A DNA stretch of 64,000 nucleotides from an uncultured Thermoleophilia bacterium. GTDB lineage: Bacteria > Actinomycetota > Thermoleophilia > UBA2241. Position 1 is the stretch's first letter; the number at the start of each line of letters is the position of its first letter. The translations under genes and the position numbers were made by a program. The DNA lies in contig CAVPCT010000004.1 of NCBI GenBank assembly GCA_963702475.1, forward strand, positions 32,001 to 96,000, written 5' to 3'. The notes under the pieces are model-generated. The model did not search any database, was not told the DNA's origin, and saw only the letters and a program-made list of their open reading frames with translations. Below, one piece after another: positions 47,963 to 58,265 of this stretch.

Positions 47963-49093
47963 ATGGCGATCGACGACATCACCTGCTCCTTCAAGGCCTC
48001 TGTGCAGGGCCTCGACTACTACTGGCCCGGGACGAGCATCCAGGAGGCCTGCGAACGCTTCGGCCTCAGACCCGACCGGGTCCTTAAAATGGCGTCCAAC
48101 GAGTGCGCCTACGGCCCCTCGCCCAAGGCCTTGGAGGCCGCGCGAGAGGCCCTGCTCCAGAGCGCGATCTACCCGTCGTCCAAGTACGACTACTCCGCGC
48201 TCACGCACGCGTTCGCCGGGTACGCCGGCGTCGATGCGAGCATGATCGCGCCGGCGCCAGGCTCCGAGACCATGGTCCGGTACCTGTGCGAGGTCTTCCT
48301 GGGCCACGGCACCGAGGCCGTCGTCTCGTCGCAGAGCTACGACGGCCACCAGATCGCCTCGTGCATCGCCGGCGCCGAGGTCAAAGCCGTGCCGCCGTCC
48401 GGCTACCGCTACGACGTGGACGGCCTCATCGCCGCCGTGACCGACAAGACGCGGGTGATCTGGGTGTGCAACCCGGACAATCCGTCCGGGACGATGCTGA
48501 CCAAGGCCGAGGCGCGGCGTCTGGTCGAGGCCGTGCCTCCGACGGTGGCAGTGGTGTTCGACGAGGCGTACCACGAGTTCGTCGACGACCCCGACTACGG
48601 CGACGGCATGGACCTGCTGCGCGAGGGGCACAGCAATGTGGTCGTCCTGCGGACCCTCTCCAAGGCGTTCGGTCTCGCGGCGATGCGCCTGGGCTACGCC
48701 ATCGCCGACCCCGAGCTGTGCGCGGTCGTGGACAACATCCGCGAGCCGTTCTACATCGCCGGGCCGTCGTGCGCAGCCGGGATCGCCGCGGTGACCGAGG
48801 ACCTCGACTGGTCGCGGCGCGTCTGCGCAGAGACCGTGTCCGAGCGCCACCGCGTCGAGCAGGCGCTCGCGGAGCTCGGATTGGGCGTCGTGCCGAGCCA
48901 GGCCAACTTCGTCCTTGCGGACACGCACCGCGACGGCACCGAGCTGTACGAGCGCCTCATGCGGCACGGCATCATCGTGCGCCTCGGCTCCATCTGGGGC
49001 TGGGACACGCACGTGCGCATCACCATCGGCATGCCGGAACACAACGACCGCATGCTGGCGGCGATGCAGGAGGAGCTCCGCGCGGCGGACTGA
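47963..49093 (+). CDS. HisC-family (class I/II) aminotransferase
   Basis: KMASNE, CNPDNPSG, DEAY and RTLSKAFGLAAMRLGY motifs. Confidence 0.88.
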   Translation: MAIDDITCSFKASVQGLDYYWPGTSIQEACERFGLRPDRVLKMASNECAYGPSPKALEAAREALLQSAIYPSSKYDYSALTHAFAGYAGVDASMIAPAPGSETMVRYLCEVFLGHGTEAVVSSQSYDGHQIASCIAGAEVKAVPPSGYRYDVDGLIAAVTDKTRVIWVCNPDNPSGTMLTKAEARRLVEAVPPTVAVVFDEAYHEFVDDPDYGDGMDLLREGHSNVVVLRTLSKAFGLAAMRLGYAIADPELCAVVDNIREPFYIAGPSCAAGIAAVTEDLDWSRRVCAETVSERHRVEQALAELGLGVVPSQANFVLADTHRDGTELYERLMRHGIIVRLGSIWGWDTHVRITIGMPEHNDRMLAAMQEELRAAD

Positions 49094-49159
49094 GGACTTC
49101 GCGCAGGCGTACGCGCCGAACATCGCCCTTCGAACGCCGACGGACGGGGCCGCGTACGT

Positions 49160-49195
49160 GAAGAGGGCGGGGCGTCTTCACGCCCCGCCCTCTTC
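49160..49195 (+). terminator. Hairpin terminator after the HisC-like gene
   Basis: 16-bp stem GAAGAGGGCGGGGCGT with loop CTTC. Confidence 0.7.
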
Positions 49196-49538
49196 GGCGG
49201 GAAGTCCGCGGCCGCAAGGCCCCCGCACAAGCGACCGGGACCCCTCATTCGTCGCCCACCCTCCCGTCCCTTCATGCCGTCACCGTTTGGCGCGCCGTCC
49301 GCATCCAGGCCGGCCGCGGCCGACGTGAGCCGCGCCGCGATCGTGATCCCGTCGCCGTGCCAGTCGCTCGCCTGAGAGGGATCGACGGCGACGCGGTAGC
49401 CACTGGCTCCGGGGGCCTCGACGCCGCGCGGCTCCGCGCAGCCTGCGGCGGGAAGCGGCGTGACGCCCCGCTTTCCGAGGGCCCAAGCGGGGTAGGCTAC
49501 GGGGCGGCGGCGGCACCCGGAGCAGGAGGCGCCTTCTG

Positions 49539-50396
49539 ATGCTCGGTTTCATCTTCATCGGCGGCTGGGGCAACGTGAAGAAGCAGCTCGTCGGCAGTGT
49601 CGGGTTGCACACCTGTCCGGTCTGTCACCAGCTCGCTCGCTGGGACGTGTACCGGATCGACAAACGGGCCACCGTCTACTTCGTGCCCGTCTATACCTAC
49701 GCCTCGGAGAAGGTCGTACTGTGCTCCAACTGCCACAACGGAGCAGAGGTGAGCGACCTGGACATCGCGAATCTCCGGGCGCAGGGGCAGGCTGCCGCTC
49801 CGCGACCACCCGCGCCCGCAGGGCCGGTGCCTGCCGCGACGACGTCACCCCCGGCGGGATTCCGGCCGGCGCCGGCCGCCCCGACCGTGCAGCCGCGCCC
49901 CGCGTCCCGGCCGGCGCCTCCTCCCGCGGCGCCACCTGCGCAAGCGACGCCGGTCCAACAGGCGGTCCCCGCGGGTCCGTCTCTTGCGCCGGCGCCCATC
50001 CAGCCCGCCCGCATCGCGCCGGCACCGCCGGGCGCGGACCGCCACGTCGTCACGTGGCTGCGCAACGTCCGGGCGATGCTGCTCAAGTACGGCTACTTCG
50101 CCCAGGACGTGCGCTGGTACGAGAAGCCCTACGACATCCCGTGCGAGCTCAGCGCGACCTTTCTGCAGAACGGCGCCACCTACGTCGTCACCCTGCACCG
50201 CAAGGAGGAGTTCGCGCAGCGCTACGGCGCCGCTCTGCAGGCCGACCCCTCTGTGCAGCAGGCCACCGGGGCCGGCCTGCACCTGCTGCGGGTCGTCGAC
50301 AAGCGCGTGCTTCGCGTGCACGACGCTCGCGGCGTGAACGGCGGGCAGCTCGAGACGTGGGCCAAGACCGTCGGCTGGTACCCGCTGCCGAAGTAG
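49539..50396 (+). CDS. Zinc-ribbon protein with Pro/Ala-rich linker and unknown C-terminal domain
   Basis: CPVC...YFVPV...CSNC at the N-terminus, followed by a Pro/Ala-rich linker. Confidence 0.75.
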   Translation: MLGFIFIGGWGNVKKQLVGSVGLHTCPVCHQLARWDVYRIDKRATVYFVPVYTYASEKVVLCSNCHNGAEVSDLDIANLRAQGQAAAPRPPAPAGPVPAATTSPPAGFRPAPAAPTVQPRPASRPAPPPAAPPAQATPVQQAVPAGPSLAPAPIQPARIAPAPPGADRHVVTWLRNVRAMLLKYGYFAQDVRWYEKPYDIPCELSATFLQNGATYVVTLHRKEEFAQRYGAALQADPSVQQATGAGLHLLRVVDKRVLRVHDARGVNGGQLETWAKTVGWYPLPK

Positions 50397-50609
50397 ACGC
50401 ACCCGCCGGACGACGCCGGCCGAGAGCGCGCCGGCGGGCTGCGCACTGCGGCGCCTGACCCCCGGGGGCTGCAGCCGACGCCCGAACCTGCCGATGTGAC
50501 CCCGTGAGACCAGGGTCGCCACGCATTCCTGACACCGCAAGCCGCGGCCTTGGAGACAGCGGGCGCTGCGACCGATCGCGTCGCGGAGCCGCATACGGAG
50601 GGAGGTCCG

Positions 50610-51771
50610 GTGGATAGGACAGCAGGCAGGCCGCGCGCGAGGGCTGCGCTCATCGGTCGCGCTGGTCGTCGCCGTCACGCTGGCGCCGGTCTGGGCGATG
50701 GTGATGCTGACGACAGGACCGGCGGCGGCCTCACAGCAGGCAGCCGCCGCCGAGACCATCCTCACCCTGCGCATGCAGGGCGACCACGACACCATGTGGC
50801 TGGTGTCGAACGAGGGCACCGCCACGGCGGCCGGTGAGCTGCCGGGTACCGCAGAGATGGTGGCCGCCTCGCCGGACGGTTCGTCCGTTGCGTACATGCC
50901 GTTCGAAGGCAAACCGTTCGTGTGGATAGGCTACGGGCCGGCGGCACCCAAGACCATCCCGCTGGCCTCGGCCGGCATCAAGACCATCACGGGTCTCACG
51001 TGGATCAGCGAGACCCAGCTCGTCGTCTCCGGCTCAGCTAAGGCCCTGTCCGGCTACGGCTATTACGACAAGCTGTACACCGTCGACGTCGCGAGCGGCG
51101 CGGTGGCCCCGTTCCGCAGGCTGAGCGGTACGGATCCCTACGCCGCGCCCAGTGCCGGCAAGCTCATGTACGTGAACTTCAAGGTCGTGAAGAAGGGTAA
51201 GACGCAGCGCGTCACCGAGACGCTCATGCTGGCCGACATCAACGGCAGCGGCGCCGGCAGGCAGCTCGACTCCGATGTCTACACCCTGCCGGCGGCCTAC
51301 CGCGCCTTCGCCGCGCCGGAGCTCGCCCCGGGCGGCGACTGGTTCGCGTACGGCACCACCGGCAGCGACGTGAGCGTGCGCTACACCATCGACTTCGTCG
51401 ACAGCGAGACGTGGCAGCCGTGGCTCACGATGTGGATGCCCACGCCCCTGGCCATCGCCTGGGCACCCGCCAGTCCGCTGCTTGCGCTCGGCGGCAGCGC
51501 CGTCGGGCCCGACGACCACGGCAGCGTGTACATCTTCGACGTAGCTGGCGGCGACGTGGGCCGGACGTCAAGGGACCTTCTGTCGAAGGCCGGCATCGAG
51601 TGGATCATGGACATGGACTGGTCTGCCGACGGCCACATCGTGGCCGACGGGCTGACCAGGGACGACAGCGGGCCTGTCGCCGACGTGGAGCACGCACTGC
51701 TCCTCGACAGCGGCGACCTCACCACGCTGAAGGACCTCGGCGAGGGCCGTTTCTCCGTGTGGGTGCGGTGA
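50610..51771 (+). CDS. Secreted beta-propeller-like (TolB/WD40-like) hypothetical protein; probable frameshift in the signal region
   Basis: Hydrophobic signal-like N-terminus; SPDG, WAP and WSADG repeats; GTG 50610 after GGAGG is in a different frame from the main ORF 50698-51771. Confidence 0.6.
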
Positions 51772-52033
51772 GCGCGGGAGGCTGAGGGCCGCGGAGACTC
51801 GACGGGCTCGCACTGGGCGAGTGCGCGTCCACTCGCAGGCCCAGATCCGCTCGCCGTCAACGAACTCGCTCAAGCTGTCGAACTCGCGGCCAAGCTTGTC
51901 GGCGAAGACGAGGAAGCGCTGATCGGGCATGCCGGCCCGCTTGTTGACGAGCGCCGTGCTCCCAGACGATCCAGGGTCCCGAGCTGCTACGCTGGCCGAC
52001 AGCCCGATACGCAGGCCGACACGGAGCGTCACG

Positions 52034-52420
52034 ATGACCGCATGCATCTTCTGCCAGCCTGAACCCGGGCGCGTCTTCCTCGAGAACGAGCTCGCCTACG
52101 CCTTGTGGGACTCGTTCCCGGTCGCGGAGCTGCACGCGCTCGTGATCCCGCGGCGGCACGTGCCGGACTACTTCAGCCTCACCACCGACGAGGTGCTGGC
52201 CTGCGACGAGCTGCTGCGCCAGGCGCGCGACCTGATGTGCGGCCGCGACGGCACCGTCGAGGGCTTCAACATCGGCATGAACGTGGGCGCCACGGCCGGG
52301 CAGACCATCTTTCACTGTCACATCCACCTCATTCCGAGAAGGACGGGGGACGTGCAGAACCCGCGCGGCGGCGTGCGCCGGGTGATCCCGCGCAAGGGCT
52401 GGTACCCGGAGCCCGGGTGA
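52034..52420 (+). CDS. HIT family hydrolase
   Basis: CIFC and AGQTIFHCHIHLIPR motifs. Confidence 0.92.
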   Translation: MTACIFCQPEPGRVFLENELAYALWDSFPVAELHALVIPRRHVPDYFSLTTDEVLACDELLRQARDLMCGRDGTVEGFNIGMNVGATAGQTIFHCHIHLIPRRTGDVQNPRGGVRRVIPRKGWYPEPG

Positions 52421-52482
52421 GCGACCCCGGCGACGCCCTAGGGGGCGGCGGGCGCAGCCGGCCCGCCTGACCCGCCCGCCCG

Positions 52483-53925
52483 CTACTGCATCAGGGCGGC
52501 GTCCGCGCGCGCGACGACGTCGTTCAGCGCGCGGACCGTGTCCTCCGGCAGGTCGAGCGGAGCCAGACCCTGCCGCAGCTCACGGTATTTCTCGGCGGCG
52601 CGCTCGTAGAGGTCCGGCGCGCCTGCGTTCTGCCACGTGTCGAGCGGGTCGGCCACGAAGATGTCCGGACGCGCGGCTCCGCGGCAGTGCTTCAGCGTGT
52701 GCCGCGCCCGCAGGTAGTTGCCGCCGGCACCGGCGTCCAGGATCGCCTGCACGCCGAGCGTGTCGTCGTCCGCCGTCATCCCCGCGGTGTAGCCGCGCAC
52801 CAGCGCCGTCATGCGGTCGTCGATGATCAGCTGTGGCGGGCTGGCCAGCGTCGAACCACCCAGGCGACCGGCGCCGTACACCACGTCCGCGCCGGCCATC
52901 GCCGTGAACGCCGCGTTCATGCCCTTGGAGAACACCGTCTGGCCGTCCGACACGTACGAGTCGCTCCACAGCGACGCCGTCAGCACCGGCACCTTGAAGG
53001 CTTCGCGCATGAACTGCGCGGCGGCGGACTGCGCGAGCGCCGTCTGCACCGAGCCGAGGCTGGTGTTGCCGGTGCCCATGTCCATCGTCGAGTTGTACGC
53101 GCTCGCGAGGATGGGGTGCCCGGGCGCCAGGATCTGCGTCATCACGAGCATGGCCAACACCTCAACGCCAACCAGCAGGGCCGCGCCGGCCGGGGTGATG
53201 GGGCCGGTCCCTCCGCCCACGACCAGGCTGCACGGCGCCACAGGGATGCCGTACTTGCAGCACAGCTCGATGGTCAGCACGTCCATGTCCTTGAACACCA
53301 GCGGGCTGAGCGATGTCGGGTCGAACCAGGCCAGCGGACGCTCGCGCAGGGCCTCCTCGCTGCCCGCGCGCACGAGGAGCAGCTCGAACAGGTAGGGCAC
53401 GCTCTCCAGGCAGTAGGCGAGCAGGTTGAGGGGCTTGGACGTGTTCTGCAGCTGCACCGCCAGGGCGTGGATGTCGGCCGTCTCGGGCGGCACGTCCATG
53501 GGCGTCTGGATGGCGCACGCATCGATGTTGGGCAGCACCTCGATCAGCCGGCACCACTCGGCCCACGACTCGCACGTGACGTCCCGGAACTCCCCGGTCT
53601 CCGGGTCCAGGTACAGCATGGACTGGATGCAGCTGGAGGTGTAGAAGCCGCCGTCCGGATGCGGAAGCGTCAGGTCGTGGCGCTCGTCGCCGCCCTTCGC
53701 GACGAAGCTCGCCGGCACAGTCTTCAGCGCCGCCTCGATGACGTCACCCGGAATGCGGACCATGCGCGTCGCCTCGTCCACCTCGCAGCCGGCCTCGTGC
53801 AGCCACCCGAAGGCGCTCGGCTGGTCCACCTTCACCCCATGCCGGGAGAGGATCTCCACGCACTTCTCGTAGATGGTGGCGACTTCAGCGCCGGACAGCG
53901 GCTGGATGCTGAGGGGACCGGACAT
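52483..53925 (-). CDS. Divergent non-pyrrolysine MttB-family methyltransferase (Trp at the Pyl site)
   Basis: MttB fold motifs (SPL, GGTGPITPAG, YGAG, QLIIDD); VPVLTASL-W-SDSYVSDGQ. Confidence 0.85.
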   Translation of the reverse strand: MSGPLSIQPLSGAEVATIYEKCVEILSRHGVKVDQPSAFGWLHEAGCEVDEATRMVRIPGDVIEAALKTVPASFVAKGGDERHDLTLPHPDGGFYTSSCIQSMLYLDPETGEFRDVTCESWAEWCRLIEVLPNIDACAIQTPMDVPPETADIHALAVQLQNTSKPLNLLAYCLESVPYLFELLLVRAGSEEALRERPLAWFDPTSLSPLVFKDMDVLTIELCCKYGIPVAPCSLVVGGGTGPITPAGAALLVGVEVLAMLVMTQILAPGHPILASAYNSTMDMGTGNTSLGSVQTALAQSAAAQFMREAFKVPVLTASLWSDSYVSDGQTVFSKGMNAAFTAMAGADVVYGAGRLGGSTLASPPQLIIDDRMTALVRGYTAGMTADDDTLGVQAILDAGAGGNYLRARHTLKHCRGAARPDIFVADPLDTWQNAGAPDLYERAAEKYRELRQGLAPLDLPEDTVRALNDVVARADAALMQ

Positions 53926-54144
53926 GGGGACCTCCGGGAGAGCGTTGCCGGCGATGTGGCCGATGAAAAGGTGGCGGCGGCCGGAAGACCCGCTCGTGCC
54001 GACGTTGGGGGGCCGCACGGACTACGCCAGACCGGACCGCCGCGTGATCCCACCCTAGGCGCGGCCGCGCGGCGGTTCAACACCCCGGCCGCGCCCGTCT
54101 CACATGCTGGAGAGGAGAAGCACGGCGACTGACGTCCGGAGCGC

Positions 54145-54540
54145 TCAGGCGGAGTCGTCCGTAGCCAGCAGGCGTCCACGCAGTGCGTCGTCGCCGAGCT
54201 CCTCCGGCGCTTCCGTCAGCGCGGCGTGACTGGAGAGATCGACGCCGGCTGCCAGCGGCGGGCTCGTCCAGCGGTCGACCGGGTCGGCCGAGACGGCGTC
54301 GATGTGGCCGTTGAGGAGCAGGGAGCGGCCGGTGCCCGTCGGTTCGGGCTCCCAGAGATCCGTCTGCGCGCCGACAGCTTCGAGGCGGCGCTTGAGCAAC
54401 TCCTGCAGCTCCGCTCCCTGGCGCGGAGGGTCCCCCACGCTCCGCGCCGTGGTGTCCAGGAGGGCGACCAGCTCCTGCTCACCCTCGCACACGGCGGCCA
54501 CCACGCGCTCCTCGTGCGCCGCCCGCAGCTCCTCGCCCAT
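54145..54540 (-). pseudogene. Truncated, internally deleted M20 (ArgE/DapE-like) deacylase remnant
   Basis: GRSLLLNGHIDAV...WTSPP followed by a premature end; about 130 aa versus about 420 for the family. Confidence 0.7.
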
Positions 54541-54717
54541 GCGTGTCTCCTCCTCCTGGACGTGATGCGGCCGCGGCCCGGACGGGCTGTCATCGAAGCT
54601 CAACATATCTCAGGAAGTGTTCACCCCGGCCTCAGCTTGGGTTCACGAGAGTCTGAGAGGCTCTGCGCGCAGACCGGGCGCCGCGACCGGCGCCATCAGC
54701 GTGAGACGGAGGTCCCG

Positions 54718-55059
54718 ATGCTCACCACCTTCGAAGCACTCGGCAAGGACGGACTGGCTGTCAGCGTCTTCGGCGACCTGTCCCGAAAGGACACAGCCGC
54801 GCTGCAGGAGCGGCTCTTCACCTACGTGGACATGGGCTTCAGGCGCACCTTCGTGGACATGAGTCATTGCCGGCTGCTGGACTGGAGCGGCCTCGACGTG
54901 CTCATCGAGACGGCGCGGCGCGCCGACGGACGCGAGGTCGCGGTCCTCTCGCCCACGCGCGAGCTCCGCAGGATCCTCGAGGCCACAGGCCTCAGCGTCG
55001 CGCTGCCGATCTACACGTCGCGCGACGAGGCGCTGCGGCGCGACCTCGCGGTGGCGTGA
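54718..55059 (+). CDS. STAS-domain anti-sigma factor antagonist
   Basis: GDL, VDMSHCRLLDWSGL and RRILEATGL motifs. Confidence 0.8.
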   Translation: MLTTFEALGKDGLAVSVFGDLSRKDTAALQERLFTYVDMGFRRTFVDMSHCRLLDWSGLDVLIETARRADGREVAVLSPTRELRRILEATGLSVALPIYTSRDEALRRDLAVA

Positions 55060-55136
55060 CGCGAGCACACGGCCGCCGCGCGGAGGCGACGCGAAGCCTG
55101 CCGTGACGGTCCGGCCGGCCGGCCGCCGGAGAGAGC

Positions 55137-56651
55137 TCAGTCCGCGAGCGCCGTCAGCAGCGCGCCGCCCCTGACGAGCTCGAGGGCCGCGGCGATGTCG
55201 CCCTCGAGCGGACGGTCCTCGTCGAGGTGCGCGACGCAGCCGCGAAGCAGGCCGTAGGCCCTCGCCGTACGCGGCCCCGGCGCGCAGCCGCGCAGCTCGA
55301 TGCCCTGGCAGGCGCAGAGCAGCTCGATGGCGAGCACCGTCTGCGCGTTCTCGAGGATCTCCGCTGCGTGGCGCGCCGCTATGGTCCCCATGCTGACGTG
55401 ATCCTCCTGGTTGGCGGAGGTCGGGATGGAGTCGACACTGGCCGGGTGCGCCAGCACCTTGTTCTCACTCACGAGCGCGGCCGCCGTGTAGTGGGCGACC
55501 ATGAAGCCGTCGTTCAGGCCGCCGTCGCGGACGAGGAAGGCCGGCAGGCCGCCGCTCAGCGCCGGGTTCACGAGGCGCTCGACGCGGCGCTCCGAGATGC
55601 TCGCCAGCTCGGCGACGGCGATGCCCAGGAAGTCGAGCGCCAAGGCGAGTGGCTGGCCGTGGAAGTTGCCGCCGGAGAGGATGGCCGGAGCCGTCGGGTC
55701 GGGCGCGAAGACGAGCGGGTTGTCCGTGACCGAGTTCAGCTCGGTCTCAAGGACGCCGCGCACGTAGGCGACGGCGTCACGTGAGGCCCCGTGCACCTGC
55801 GGCATGCAGCGCAGGGCGTAGGCGTCCTGGACGCGGCCGTGGGAAGAAGCCAGCACGGCCGGGCTGTCTGCAAGCAGCCTGCGCAGGTTCGCGGCCGTCC
55901 GGATCTGCCCGGCGTGCGGCCGCGTCGCGTGCAGGCGCTCGTCGAACGCATCGGGGACGGCCTCAAGCGCCTCGGCCGTGAGCGCGCCGATCACGTCGGC
56001 GGTGTCGAGCAGGCGCGCCGCGTCGAAGACGGCCAGCGCGCCGAGCGCCGCCATGGCCTGCGTGCCGTTACAGAGCGACAGCCCCTCCTTGGCGGCCAGT
56101 CTGACCGGCGCAATGCCTGCCGCGAGCAGCGCCTCGTCGCCGGCCATCGTGCGGCCGGCGAAGCGCGCGCGGCCCTCGCCCATCAGCACGAGGGCGATGC
56201 GGGCGAGGGGGGCGAGATCGCCGGAGGCGCCCACCGAGCCCTTGCTCGGCACGACGGGCAGCACGCCGCGTTCGAGCATCGCCACCAGCGTCTCGGGGAT
56301 CACCGGACGCACGCCCGAGCACCCGGCGACGAGCGAGTTGGCGCGCAGCAGCAGCATCGCCCGCACGACCTCGTCGGGGAACGGCGGGCCGACGCCGGTA
56401 CAGCAGCTCGTCACCAGGTGACGCTGAAGCAGCTCCACGTCCTCGTCGCCGATGCGCACGCCGGCCAGGCTGCCGAAGCCCGTGTTGACGCCGTACACGG
56501 GCTCGCCGCGCCGCAGGCAGTCCTCGACCACGGCTCGGCTCGCCTCCATTCGCGGATAGCTCTCCGGCGCGATGGTCACCGGCTCGCCGCCGCGCGCCAC
56601 GCGCACGACGTCGTCGATCGACAGACTGCGGCCGTCGAGGCGGACCGTCAC
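55137..56651 (-). CDS. hutH: Histidine ammonia-lyase family (MIO) enzyme with Cys at the His83 position
   Basis: YGVNTGFG, GSVGASGDL, QDAYALRC, GGNFHG and SANQEDHVSMG motifs. Confidence 0.88.
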   Translation of the reverse strand: MTVRLDGRSLSIDDVVRVARGGEPVTIAPESYPRMEASRAVVEDCLRRGEPVYGVNTGFGSLAGVRIGDEDVELLQRHLVTSCCTGVGPPFPDEVVRAMLLLRANSLVAGCSGVRPVIPETLVAMLERGVLPVVPSKGSVGASGDLAPLARIALVLMGEGRARFAGRTMAGDEALLAAGIAPVRLAAKEGLSLCNGTQAMAALGALAVFDAARLLDTADVIGALTAEALEAVPDAFDERLHATRPHAGQIRTAANLRRLLADSPAVLASSHGRVQDAYALRCMPQVHGASRDAVAYVRGVLETELNSVTDNPLVFAPDPTAPAILSGGNFHGQPLALALDFLGIAVAELASISERRVERLVNPALSGGLPAFLVRDGGLNDGFMVAHYTAAALVSENKVLAHPASVDSIPTSANQEDHVSMGTIAARHAAEILENAQTVLAIELLCACQGIELRGCAPGPRTARAYGLLRGCVAHLDEDRPLEGDIAAALELVRGGALLTALAD

Positions 56652-56710
56652 CTCACGCTCCCGTTCGACGAGGCGGATGGCCCCCGCACCTGCGTCTCAG
56701 GCTCCCCTGT

Positions 56711-57595
56711 TCACACGTTCATCTCGATGGTCTGCGCCATCGAGAACTCGTGGATCTGCAGGTAGTAGCGCACGACCTCCTGGATGGCGCCGAGCGGCAC
56801 GGGGCCGACCAGCTCGGCGCTCGCCACGCTCACGCCGTACCGCCTGGCCTCGGCCCTGATGGCCTCCATCACGCGCGGGATCGGCGTCTGCGTGTAGTTC
56901 GTCAGGTTCATCGACACCTGGATCATTCCGGTGCCGGTGACCTCGAGGCCGATGGCGCGCACGAAGCGGAAGCCGCCGTTGAGGTGGCGTACGGCGTGGG
57001 CGATCTGCGTCGCGATCTGCAGGTCGTCGGTGCGCAGGTTCACGTTGAAGGCGACCAGGGGGAACCGCGCCGACACCTGCGTCGCCCCCGACTTCGGCAC
57101 GAACTCGGCGGGCCCCTCGTCCGGCTTCCAGAAGGGGTCCTTCATCTTCTCGGGGAGCGCCTCGTACTGACCCTCGCGCACGTCCACGAGGTTGCGGCGC
57201 TCGGGACGCGTGGCGGCGTCCTCGTAGTAGTAGACCGGTACGCCGCGGTCCCCCAGCCACTTGCCGAAGTCCTTGGCGACGGCCACGGCCTCTTCGGTCG
57301 TGGTGTCTCCCACCGGGATGAACGGCACGGTGTCGAGAGCTCCGTTGCGCGGGTGCCCGCCGGTGTGCTTCGTCATGTCCACGGCGTCGATGACCGCCGC
57401 GGCGAACACCTTGGTCGCGGCGAGCACAGCGTCGATCTCGCCCAGATACGAGTACACGGAGCGATTGTGGTCGCCGTCGGCGGAGAGGTCGATGAGCTTG
57501 ACTCCGGGCTGGCCGCGGATGACCTCGGCCAGACGGTCGACGGTCGCCTGGTCGCGGCCCTCGCTGACGTTGGGCACGCACATCAGGATCTTCAT
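56711..57595 (-). CDS. ftcD: Glutamate formimidoyltransferase
   Basis: CVPNVSEGR, DHNRS, HPR.GA.D.VPF and QVSMNL motifs. Confidence 0.9.
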   Translation of the reverse strand: MKILMCVPNVSEGRDQATVDRLAEVIRGQPGVKLIDLSADGDHNRSVYSYLGEIDAVLAATKVFAAAVIDAVDMTKHTGGHPRNGALDTVPFIPVGDTTTEEAVAVAKDFGKWLGDRGVPVYYYEDAATRPERRNLVDVREGQYEALPEKMKDPFWKPDEGPAEFVPKSGATQVSARFPLVAFNVNLRTDDLQIATQIAHAVRHLNGGFRFVRAIGLEVTGTGMIQVSMNLTNYTQTPIPRVMEAIRAEARRYGVSVASAELVGPVPLGAIQEVVRYYLQIHEFSMAQTIEMNV

Positions 57596-57622
57596 GCTGG
57601 ACTCCTTGAGGAGAGGGCTGAC

Positions 57623-58222
57623 TCAGCAGCGCCCGCGGAGCTCCTCGGCCTCCCGGAGCAGCGCCACGGCGCGCTCACCTTCCAGCATCGACACGTTGAC
57701 GTCAATATTGCCGGCGCACCCGACGACGCCGGCGCGAGCCAGCTCGAGGGCTACAGCCAGGTCGGAGGCGGCGGCCGCGTTGGACCTGCCGGCGAGCTCG
57801 CGACACAGGTCCAGGACCCGAGCGCAGGCGCCGGCGTTGTCGCGGGGGACCTCGGCGGCGGCGATGAGTGCGTCGTAGATCGCCGCACCGCGAACATCCT
57901 TCTCCTCGTCGGTGGCCTTGGGCAGGGCGTACGCCGACCTGATGAGGCCGTAGGCGGCCGCGTCCTCGGCCGCGCCGGCCGCGAGCTGCTCGCACAGCCG
58001 CGCGGCCTCCGCGGCAACCGACCCGTAGCGCTCGTCGCCGAGGTCGAGGTCCTTGCCGGCGGAGAGGCTGGCCACCATGCCGAGCAGGCCGGCCGCCATG
58101 GCTCCTGCGAAGGCGGCGGCGGAGCCGCCGCCCGTAGTGGCCTCGCCGGCGTCCAGGATGCGGGACAGGACGGGCTGGAGCGAGGCGATCAGTTCGCTGG
58201 GGTGGGTGCTGTCGTCTGGCAT
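57623..58222 (-). CDS. Formimidoyl-THF cyclodeaminase/methenyl-THF cyclohydrolase family protein
   Basis: GGGSAAA..GAMAAGL..MV, LPK, SD and N..VN motifs. Confidence 0.85.
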   Translation of the reverse strand: MPDDSTHPSELIASLQPVLSRILDAGEATTGGGSAAAFAGAMAAGLLGMVASLSAGKDLDLGDERYGSVAAEAARLCEQLAAGAAEDAAAYGLIRSAYALPKATDEEKDVRGAAIYDALIAAAEVPRDNAGACARVLDLCRELAGRSNAAAASDLAVALELARAGVVGCAGNIDVNVSMLEGERAVALLREAEELRGRC

Positions 58223-58265
58223 GAAGCCTCCGTTCGGGCCGTGACGGCCGCACGGCCGCGCCGGC

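Noticed and set aside
49790-50040. Tandem repeat or CRISPR-like pattern
   Set aside because: It is a low-complexity Pro/Ala linker inside a CDS, with no repeat-spacer periodicity.
51780-52030. Possible small minus-strand gene remnant (NKRAGMPDQRFLVFADKLG...)
   Set aside because: No clear start or recognisable family, so it cannot be supported.
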